Below the pieces are notes generated by a model. That model had not been told where the DNA came from, made no database searches, and saw only the letters and a program-made list of their open reading frames with translations. Below, one piece after another: positions 57,347-64,000 of a DNA stretch of 64,000 bases (positions are counted from its first letter, which is position 1; every line of letters starts with the position of its first letter). Origin of the DNA: Patescibacteria group bacterium (GTDB lineage: Bacteria > Patescibacteriota > Patescibacteriia > UBA1558 > GWA2-36-10); contig JAQUKX010000001.1 of assembly GCA_028718865.1 (NCBI GenBank), positions 67 to 64,066 on the forward strand. The letters are read 5' to 3'. Both the position numbers and the translations under genes were made by a program.

Positions 57347-57997
57347 TTATTTTTTAGTTGCCGCAAGCGCTTCAGCTGGCTTGTTCTTAATCACTGGCGA
57401 CAAAGGTCGTGATTTGGGTAAAAATGAATTCAAAGCCAATACTGCTGCTTTGGCATTGTTGACTTTGTTGTTGGTACCCAAAATCTTGGCCACTACATCT
57501 CTGATACCAGCCAATTCCAAAACTATACGCAATACTCCGCCGGCTTTGATACCGCTACCTTGTCTGGCAGGCTTGATCATTATTTTGGCCGACTTCAGCT
57601 TGACCGTCACTGCATGGGGAATAGTACCATCAATCACCGGCACTTCAATCAATTCTTTCTTGGCTTTGGATACAGCTTTGGCAATGGCTGCTGATACATC
57701 AGCTCCTTTGGCAATGCCTACTCCCACGCGGCTTTTTTTATCACCGATAATCATACAAGCTCTGAATTTCATACGCTTGCCGCCAGCCATTACTCTGGTG
57801 ACGCGAGCCAAGTCCACTATTTTTTGTTCAAATTCCTCGGCCGGCTTATCTGATCTTTTACGACTAGACTTCCTAAACCCGCCGCGTCCCTTGCGATTTT
57901 CCCGATTATCGGAAGAAAAGCTTCTTGTTCTTGCTTTGGGAACAAATTTTCCCTCCGTGGAACTGGTCTGGTCTTTTGCTGTTTTTTTATCTTCCAT
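57347..57997 (-). CDS. rpsE: 30S ribosomal protein S5 with N-terminal basic extension
   Basis: …IVDLARVTRVMAGGKRMKFRACMIIGDKKSRVGVGIAKGADV…. Confidence 0.9.
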   Translation of the reverse strand: MEDKKTAKDQTSSTEGKFVPKARTRSFSSDNRENRKGRGGFRKSSRKRSDKPAEEFEQKIVDLARVTRVMAGGKRMKFRACMIIGDKKSRVGVGIAKGADVSAAIAKAVSKAKKELIEVPVIDGTIPHAVTVKLKSAKIMIKPARQGSGIKAGGVLRIVLELAGIRDVVAKILGTNNKVNNAKAAVLALNSFLPKSRPLSPVIKNKPAEALAATKK

Positions 57998-58000
57998 ATA

Positions 58001-58357
58001 TTAAAAAATTACTCCTGCTTTTCTCATGCCCTCGGCCAAGGCTTTTACCCGGCCATGGTATTTATAAGCACCGCGATCAAAAAATATACTGCTGATTTTT
58101 TTATCCAGCAATTTTCTGCCCATTGCTTCGCCGACCAAAGCTGCTTTATCTGTCTTATTGCCCTTGGTTTTTATTTCTTTATCAGAAGCAGCAACAATAG
58201 TGGTCCGCTTATTGTCATCTATGGCTTGCACATAAATATGAGACAAGCTCCTAAATACGGACACACGAGGCTTGCCGGCAATGCCAAACATTTTACTTCT
58301 GGTTCTGACTGCCCGGCGCTGGGCTTTTACCCGTTTAAATTTTTTCTTATCTTTCAT
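58001..58357 (-). CDS. rplR: 50S ribosomal protein L18
   Basis: …PRVSVFRSLSHIYVQAIDD… in conserved position. Confidence 0.85.
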   Translation of the reverse strand: MKDKKKFKRVKAQRRAVRTRSKMFGIAGKPRVSVFRSLSHIYVQAIDDNKRTTIVAASDKEIKTKGNKTDKAALVGEAMGRKLLDKKISSIFFDRGAYKYHGRVKALAEGMRKAGVIF

Positions 58358-58373
58358 ATTTTTGCTTTGCTAA

Positions 58374-58934
58374 TTAAGCCGATTTGACGACTTTGCCGGC
58401 TTTTCTACGGATTTGTTCGTCAATATACTTGATGCCTTTGCCTTTGTAAGGCTCGGGCTTTTTGATGCTTCTTATTTCTGCAGCGGTCTGACCGACTAAT
58501 TGCTTGTCAATACCAAAAATCTTAATATTATTTTTATCCACTTCGGCATTGATGCCCTCGGGCAAGGCATATTCTACTGGATGAGAAAAACCAACATTGA
58601 GAACCAGTTTTTTGCCTTGTAAAGCTGCTTTGAAACCGACACCGTTAATTTCCAGTTCTTTGCTAAAGCCTTGACTAACGCCAACAATAGCATTGTTGAC
58701 CAAAGTGCGCGCCAATCCCCAAAAAGCTCTTTCTTTGACATTTTGCTCATCGGCTACGGCAAAAACCAACTTGCCATCCTCCTGTTTGAGGCTAACACCG
58801 GCCGGCAAAGACAAAGACAACTGGCCTTTGCTGCCTTTAACCCCTACTTTCTGAATTTGACTAGTAGCATCAGTCTCCAATTTGACTTCAATGCCTTGGG
58901 GTACAATTATCGGTTTTTTTCCAACTCTGGACAT
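58374..58934 (-). CDS. rplF: 50S ribosomal protein L6
   Basis: MSRVGKKPIIVPQGIEVKL…. Confidence 0.9.
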   Translation of the reverse strand: MSRVGKKPIIVPQGIEVKLETDATSQIQKVGVKGSKGQLSLSLPAGVSLKQEDGKLVFAVADEQNVKERAFWGLARTLVNNAIVGVSQGFSKELEINGVGFKAALQGKKLVLNVGFSHPVEYALPEGINAEVDKNNIKIFGIDKQLVGQTAAEIRSIKKPEPYKGKGIKYIDEQIRRKAGKVVKSA

Positions 58935-59004
58935 ATGTTTGTTTATGGCTTATGACCGCTTTGCTGTATAAGCACTTATAACTTAATTTATCAATTAATC
59001 TAAT

Positions 59005-59394
59005 TTACCAAATTTCACAGACCAATTCGCCGCCGACTTTTTTCTGCCAAGCCTGCTTGTTGCTAAGCATGCCGGAAGAAGTGGAAATAATAGCCAAACC
59101 ATAGCCATCCAAGACTTTTGGCAATTCTTTTTTAGATACATAAATCCTTTGCCCTGGCTTGGAAATACGCTTAATATGCCTGATGGCCGGACCTTTATCT
59201 GTATATTTCAAGCTGATTTTCAGCTCGGAAAAAACACCGTTATTCACTTTTTCCACCTTATCAACATAAGCCTCTTCTTCCAGAATTTTGGCAATATTAT
59301 ACTTGGCCTTGGAAAAAGGCATCAGTACCTCTGGCTTTTTGACGGCCACGGCGTTTCTAATTCTTGTTAGCATGTCCGCAATAGGATCTGTCAT
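59005..59394 (-). CDS. rpsH: 30S ribosomal protein S8
   Basis: MTDPIADMLTRIRNA…. Confidence 0.9.
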   Translation of the reverse strand: MTDPIADMLTRIRNAVAVKKPEVLMPFSKAKYNIAKILEEEAYVDKVEKVNNGVFSELKISLKYTDKGPAIRHIKRISKPGQRIYVSKKELPKVLDGYGLAIISTSSGMLSNKQAWQKKVGGELVCEIW

Positions 59395-59493
59395 AATTTT
59401 GCTAATGGCTTATAACCTGCTAGCCCTGTCTATTTGGCTCTTAGCTATATAGCCGCTTATAATTTATAAATTTATTATATACTAATTTATCAT

Positions 59494-59679
59494 CTACCAG
59501 CTGGATTTTTTGACTCCGGGAATCTCCCCCTTGTCAGCCAACTCTCGAAAACAAATACGGCACAAATCAAACTTCCGCATATAAGAGCGCTGTTTGCCGC
59601 AACGCCAGCAGCGGCGTACTATCCTGGTAGAATATTTCGGCTTCTTTTTTGATTTTGCTATTTTGGCTTCTGTTGCCAT
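59494..59679 (-). CDS. rpsZ: 30S ribosomal protein S14, zinc-binding type Z (61 aa)
   Basis: [20 protein letters not shown] is the C4 zinc ribbon. Confidence 0.9.
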   Translation of the reverse strand: MATEAKIAKSKKKPKYSTRIVRRCWRCGKQRSYMRKFDLCRICFRELADKGEIPGVKKSSW

Positions 59680-59715
59680 ACTTTTAATCCTTTATAGAAA
59701 ATAATTATTATATGC

Positions 59716-60270
59716 TTATTTTTTGGCTTCTTTTTTGAAAGGAAATCCCAAGGCAGTCAAAAGAGCTAGAGCTTGAGCCTTGTCCTTGGCCGTACTGACT
59801 ACAGTCACTTCCAAGCCATGCGTCTTTTCCACATCAGCCAATCCGATTTCTGGAAAAACAATATGCTCTTTAAAACCAATGGTATAGTTTCCTAATTTAT
59901 CAAAACCTTTCTTGGGATCCAATCCATAAAAATCGCGTAAGCGGGGCAAAGTGATATTTACCAATTTCTCCAAAAAATCATACATCCTTTGGCCGCGCAA
60001 AGTCACTTTACTGCCGACTACCATGCCTTCTCTGATTTTAAAATTGGAAATAGCTTTTCTAGCTTTGGTATTTACCGGCTTCTGACCGCTTATTCTCTCC
60101 AAAATTGAATTGGCCAAATCAACCCACTGCTTGTCTGTCAGTGATTTGCCCAAGCCAATATTTAAGACAACCTTTTCCACTTGGGGGACAGCCATGATAT
60201 TTGACAAACCCAATTCCTCTTTGAGCTTGGCTCGCAATTCCTTTTTGTATTTCTGCGCTAATTTGTTCAT
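59716..60270 (-). CDS. rplE: 50S ribosomal protein L5
   Basis: Conserved spc-operon position. …NIMAVPQVEKVVLNIGLG…. Confidence 0.9.
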   Translation of the reverse strand: MNKLAQKYKKELRAKLKEELGLSNIMAVPQVEKVVLNIGLGKSLTDKQWVDLANSILERISGQKPVNTKARKAISNFKIREGMVVGSKVTLRGQRMYDFLEKLVNITLPRLRDFYGLDPKKGFDKLGNYTIGFKEHIVFPEIGLADVEKTHGLEVTVVSTAKDKAQALALLTALGFPFKKEAKK

Positions 60271-60293
60271 ATTCTTAAAATTATAGTGAAAAA

Positions 60294-60620
60294 CTAATCA
60301 ATCGCCTCTTTACACTTCTTACAAATTCTAGACTTGGCGGTTTTTTTGCCTTCAATCCCTGCTTTAGCTTTGATGCCAATCTTGACTGGCTGAGAGCACT
60401 TGGGACAAAGCAAAAGAACATTGCTAGCAGAAATCGGTCCATTGAATTGCACTCGCTGACCTTTTTCACCGCTTTTTCTGGGACGAATATGCTTATACAT
60501 GATATTTATCCCCTCCACCACCAGCTGATTGCTAGTTGGCAAAATCTGCACTACTTTGCCTGACTTGCCTTTATCTTTACCGACGGCGATTTTTACTTTG
60601 TCGTTAACTTTGATTTTCAT
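60294..60620 (-). CDS. rplX: 50S ribosomal protein L24 carrying a C-terminal CxxC…CxxC zinc-ribbon-like extension
   Basis: The KOW domain is MKIKVNDKVKIAVGKDKGKSGKV. The C-terminus reads …LLCPKCSQPV…RICKKCKEAID. Confidence 0.85.
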   Translation of the reverse strand: MKIKVNDKVKIAVGKDKGKSGKVVQILPTSNQLVVEGINIMYKHIRPRKSGEKGQRVQFNGPISASNVLLLCPKCSQPVKIGIKAKAGIEGKKTAKSRICKKCKEAID

Positions 60621-60627
60621 AATATTA

Positions 60628-60999
60628 TTATAAAACTTCCGGCGCTAAAGAAACTAATTTATTATAACCTTTAGCTCTCAATTCTCTGGCCACTGGACCA
60701 AAAATGCGGGTGGCTTTGATTTCTTTATTATTTTTATCAACAATCACCACGGCATTTTCATCAAAACGAATATAAATACCGTTTGGTCGTCTGATTTCTT
60801 TTCTCTGCCTGACTATCACAGCATGAACCACTTGGCCTTTTTTGATAGCTGTATGAGGCTGAGCTGATTTGACAGCCACAGTGATAATATCGCCCACTCT
60901 GGCGTATCTTTTTTTGTAGCCGCCCAAAACCCTGATGCACTGCACTAGCTTGGCACCAGAATTATCCGCGACTCTTAACATTGACCTGTGTTGTATCAT
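60628..60999 (-). CDS. rplN: 50S ribosomal protein L14
   Basis: [17 protein letters not shown]…. Confidence 0.9.
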   Translation of the reverse strand: MIQHRSMLRVADNSGAKLVQCIRVLGGYKKRYARVGDIITVAVKSAQPHTAIKKGQVVHAVIVRQRKEIRRPNGIYIRFDENAVVIVDKNNKEIKATRIFGPVARELRAKGYNKLVSLAPEVL

Positions 61000-61032
61000 A
61001 TATTTGCTTATGGCTTATGGCTGGACTGATTT

Positions 61033-61287
61033 TTATTTGTTATTAACCACCTTGATTACCCGCCAGCGCTTGTCTTTGGACAAAGGGCGGCATTCTTGTA
61101 TTACCACAAAATCACCGACTTTGTACTGATTTTTTTCATCGTGGGCTTTGTACTTTTTGGAAGACTTATATCTCTTTTTATACTTAGAGTGAACTTTTAA
61201 GGCAGTCACTTCGACAACGACTGTTTTGTCCATCTTGTCGCTGACCACGGTTCCTTCCAATTTTCTTTTACTTACTTGTTTTTCCAT
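61033..61287 (-). CDS. rpsQ: 30S ribosomal protein S17
   Basis: …[18 protein letters not shown]…VHSKYKKRY…. Confidence 0.85.
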   Translation of the reverse strand: MEKQVSKRKLEGTVVSDKMDKTVVVEVTALKVHSKYKKRYKSSKKYKAHDEKNQYKVGDFVVIQECRPLSKDKRWRVIKVVNNK

Positions 61288-61299
61288 TTTATCTATTGA

Positions 61300-61542
61300 T
61301 TATTTTTCTTGTTTGGCGATAGCTTCTTTTTTATCAGAGCCAGCGTTCTCTCTGCCTAGTCTCTGCTGGTTCAAAATAGTGATAATCTTGGCGATGGTTT
61401 TTTTCACCTCTCTCAGCTCGCGGACATCTTTGAGCTGATTATTGGCAATAGAAAACCTAAGCTCGCGGCTTTTGTTTCTCAATTCCGTCAGTTTATCTGT
61501 CAGTTTATCTGCTGATAATTTTCGCAATTCTTTTATCTTCAT
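61300..61542 (-). CDS. rpmC: 50S ribosomal protein L29
   Basis: MKIKELRKLSADKLTDKLTELRNKSRELRF…. Confidence 0.8.
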   Translation of the reverse strand: MKIKELRKLSADKLTDKLTELRNKSRELRFSIANNQLKDVRELREVKKTIAKIITILNQQRLGRENAGSDKKEAIAKQEK

Positions 61543-61565
61543 TGCCTTAAATTAATTTATCATTA

Positions 61566-61982
61566 TTAAACCAAATCTCTGCTTACAAATTTTGTTTTCA
61601 CAGACAATTTATGTCCGGCTAGCTTCAAAGCTTTTTGCGCCATTTCTCGGCTAATGCCTTTCATTTCAAAAAGTACTGTACCCGGTTTGACCACCGCCAC
61701 ATAATGATCGACTGCGCCTTTACCCTTACCCATGGGCATTTCACTGCCTTTGGCGGTAATGGGCTTATCGGGAAAAATACGGATAAAAATGTCGCCGCCT
61801 CTTTCCACATGACCGACTATAGCCCGACGAGCAGACTCAATCTGGCGAGCGCTGATCCAACCGGCCTGCAAACTTTTAAGACCATATTCGCCAAAAGCGA
61901 CTTGGTTCATTCTGCCGGCTTTGCCTTTGATTTGATCGCCGCGCTGCCACTTTCTATGTTTTTCTTTTTTTTGTGCCAACAT
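61566..61982 (-). CDS. rplP: 50S ribosomal protein L16
   Basis: …GWISARQIESARRAIVGHVERGGDIFIRIFPDKPITAK…. Confidence 0.9.
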   Translation of the reverse strand: MLAQKKEKHRKWQRGDQIKGKAGRMNQVAFGEYGLKSLQAGWISARQIESARRAIVGHVERGGDIFIRIFPDKPITAKGSEMPMGKGKGAVDHYVAVVKPGTVLFEMKGISREMAQKALKLAGHKLSVKTKFVSRDLV

Positions 61983-61986
61983 AATA

Positions 61987-62769
61987 TTAACTCTTAGCTT
62001 TTACTTTGCTGGTTTTTACTTCTTTGGCAGGAGCTGTTTGACTGCCTACTGTCTGTTTAGCCAGTCCTTCAGCGGAAAAAAGCTTAGCGGTCTTAGCTGC
62101 CGGAGCTTGTTTTTTCTCTTTATTTTCCTTTTTATCAAAATACTCTCCTTTATAAATCCAGACCTTGATGCCAATAACCCCATAGATAGTCTGGGCATGG
62201 CCGCGACTGTAGTTTATATTTGAGCGCAAAGTCTGTAAGGGGATTTTTCCGTCCACTAGCTTCTCCTCACGAGCAATGTCCGCTCCGTTTAGGCGGCCAG
62301 AAACAATGATTTTGACCCCTTTGGCGCCGGCTTTCATGGTACGATCAATATTCTGCTTCATTACTCGGCGAAAAGGAATACGCTTTTCCAAATCGTTTTT
62401 GATACTTTCTAAAACCACACTAGCTGACAAGAAAGGTACGGAAACTTCGGAAATATTTATTTTTAACTTGGTATCTTTATCCAAAAACTTCTTTTGCAAC
62501 TTGCCTTTTAACTCCTCAATGCCACTGCCTCCTCGGCCGATGATAATACCCGGCTTAGCGGCAACCACGTTGATAGTTATTTCTCCTCTATTTCTTTCTA
62601 TTTCTATCCTATCAACACTGGCATCCTTCAAAGCGCCGGCCAGATATTTGCGTATAGAAATATCCTGCTGCAAAAACTTGGCAAAATCACGAGGACCGGC
62701 ATACCAGCGCGATCTCCATTTTTCGCTCAATCCCAGACGGAATACTATCGGATTTATTTTTTTACCCAT
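61987..62769 (-). CDS. rpsC: 30S ribosomal protein S3 with C-terminal Ala/Lys-rich extension
   Basis: MGKKINPIVFRLG… covers the KH and S3-C domains. Confidence 0.9.
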   Translation of the reverse strand: MGKKINPIVFRLGLSEKWRSRWYAGPRDFAKFLQQDISIRKYLAGALKDASVDRIEIERNRGEITINVVAAKPGIIIGRGGSGIEELKGKLQKKFLDKDTKLKINISEVSVPFLSASVVLESIKNDLEKRIPFRRVMKQNIDRTMKAGAKGVKIIVSGRLNGADIAREEKLVDGKIPLQTLRSNINYSRGHAQTIYGVIGIKVWIYKGEYFDKKENKEKKQAPAAKTAKLFSAEGLAKQTVGSQTAPAKEVKTSKVKAKS

Positions 62770-62774
62770 ATAAT

Positions 62775-63290
62775 TTACTGCTTATTTTTATCAGCGTTTT
62801 TTTTACCAGCTGACTGTTTTGGCTCATCTTTGACTTTGTCTTTTTTGACAGACTTAGATTTGATAGGCTCTTCCTTTTTTTCTTTTGTTATTTTGGTCAA
62901 ATCAACTGTCTCTATCTCTGGAGTCGCTTTTTCTTTTACTGTCGGCTTGACGCCTTCTTTAGCTACCAAAACTATCTCAATATGAGAAGCATGCTTATAG
63001 TAGGGGTGAGCGCGACCAAAAGCAGCTGGACTAAAACGCTTTAAATCTTTGCCCTTATTGACCAAAATGCTTTTGATTTTCAAATCTTGCGCCCCCAATT
63101 CATATTTGTCAGTCATATTGGCTACAGCGCTTTTCAACAACTTCTCAATAATCGGCGATGATTTTTTAAAAATAATCGGCAAGCGGTCCAAAGCATCAAC
63201 AACATCCAGACCACGAATGGCATCAGCTACCAAACGAGCTTTTTTGGGAGAAATTCTCACGTGTTTCAATTTTGCTCTTGATTCAATCAT
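62775..63290 (-). CDS. rplV: 50S ribosomal protein L22 with Lys-rich C-terminal extension
   Basis: …AKLKHVRISPKKARLVADAIRG…. Confidence 0.85.
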   Translation of the reverse strand: MIESRAKLKHVRISPKKARLVADAIRGLDVVDALDRLPIIFKKSSPIIEKLLKSAVANMTDKYELGAQDLKIKSILVNKGKDLKRFSPAAFGRAHPYYKHASHIEIVLVAKEGVKPTVKEKATPEIETVDLTKITKEKKEEPIKSKSVKKDKVKDEPKQSAGKKNADKNKQ

Positions 63291-63310
63291 ATTGATAAAT
63301 TAACTGACAA

Positions 63311-63598
63311 TTATTTGCCGCCTTTGGCCTGATCTTTGGCCATCTTACCGCCATGGGAAATAAACTTCTTGGTAGGAGAGAATTCCCCCAGACGATGCCC
63401 AACCATGTTTTCTACCACATAGACATTGAGATGCTCTTTGCCATTGTGGACACCAAAAGTAAAACCAACCATCTCTGGACTAATAACCGAGGAGCGAGAC
63501 CAGGTTTTTATCACTTTGGCATTTTCTGGTTTTAACCCAGCTATTTTCTTGAGTAGCTTAGGGTCAGTATAAGGGCCTTTTTTTAAACTTCTTGACAT
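63311..63598 (-). CDS. rpsS: 30S ribosomal protein S19
   Basis: [19 protein letters not shown]…[25 protein letters not shown]…. Confidence 0.9.
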   Translation of the reverse strand: MSRSLKKGPYTDPKLLKKIAGLKPENAKVIKTWSRSSVISPEMVGFTFGVHNGKEHLNVYVVENMVGHRLGEFSPTKKFISHGGKMAKDQAKGGK

Positions 63599-63642
63599 AA
63601 TTATTGCTTATGGCTTGTTGCTTATGGCTTATTGTTTATAAT

Positions 63643-64000
63643 TTATACTTTTCTTCTAGTCTTTGACGGGCGGCGCTGGATAATAAGACGATTGGAAAAT
63701 TTCTTGTTTTTTCTGGTTTTGATACCGTAGGCCTTTTTACCCTTGAAAGTCTTGGGCTGTTTCATACCAATAGGATTGGAACCTTCGCCACCGCCGTGCG
63801 GGTGATCCACTGGATTCATGGCTTTACCGCGAACTGTCGGCTTGATACCCATGTGACGCTTGCGGCCAGCTTTGCCGATACGAATATTTCTGTGTTCAGA
63901 ATTGGATGGAATGCCGACAGTAGCCAAACAATCTTCTGGTACTAGCCGAATCTCACCACTAGGCATCTTAAGCTGAGCAAAACCATTGGCCAAAGAAGAC
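63643..64000 (-). CDS. rplB: 50S ribosomal protein L2, C-terminal part; the N-terminus lies beyond the window end
   Basis: …[16 protein letters not shown]… is the L2 signature. The open frame continues to position 64000. The Met at 63993 is internal. Confidence 0.85.
   Translation of the reverse strand, partial: SSLANGFAQLKMPSGEIRLVPEDCLATVGIPSNSEHRNIRIGKAGRKRHMGIKPTVRGKAMNPVDHPHGGGEGSNPIGMKQPKTFKGKKAYGIKTRKNKKFSNRLIIQRRPSKTRRKV

Noticed and set aside
63643-63993. The six-frame track lists a complete 116-aa ORF starting at the Met encoded at 63993
   Set aside because: The sequence is the conserved C-terminal region of ribosomal protein L2 and the frame stays open to the window edge. The Met is internal and the gene is truncated by the window.

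Overview
The window is almost entirely coding and nearly all genes sit on the minus strand. It looks like a fragment of a small-genome, monoderm-style bacterium. The likely origin is the Candidate Phyla Radiation (CPR/Patescibacteria). This is an inference from three things seen here: ribosomal protein L30 is missing between S5 and L15, S14 is the short zinc-binding Z-type, and several ribosomal proteins carry Lys-rich extensions.

Reading the minus strand from high to low coordinates, the window contains:
(1) A long ribosomal-protein operon, L2 (partial) through L15, followed by secY, adk, map and ruvX.
(2) A WecA/MraY-like transferase, a DUF192 protein, membrane proteins, an HtrA-like PDZ protein and a divergent HTH gene.
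(3) An ECF sigma factor with a putative anti-sigma factor.
(4) A ~950 bp non-coding block full of modular repeats and a GC-rich structured leader.
(5) A 1185-aa secreted surface protein.
(6) Two TPR proteins, one fused to an O-antigen-ligase-like polytopic domain.
(7) A ~19 kb glycan-biosynthesis locus. The plus-strand priming sugar transferase, an epimerase and a Wzx-like flippase start it. An AT-rich minus-strand block follows with one GT2, five GT4-type transferases, three methyltransferases, a deacetylase, AsnB and a FemAB-like protein. It ends with an epimerase and a plus-strand GT4.
(8) A ~16 kb type IV pilus super-operon with a complete chemosensory module (MCP, CheW, CheA, REC), PilB, PilC, five minor pilin-like proteins carrying lectin-like domains (LamG twice, a Fibrobacter-type paralogous domain, Myxococcus-type Cys-rich repeats), a PilM-PilN fusion and three tandem major-pilin paralogs.
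(9) A HlyD adaptor, an ABC ATPase and two MacB/FtsX-type permeases; the second permease is cut by the window start.

A family of dispersed, mosaic, hairpin-rich mini-repeats occupies at least eight intergenic sites. A heptamer tandem motif, TTATGGC (AGCCATA as mRNA), sits immediately upstream of several start codons. No rRNA, tRNA or CRISPR array was found. The two most unusual things are the pilus-chemosensory-lectin cluster and the repeat family.
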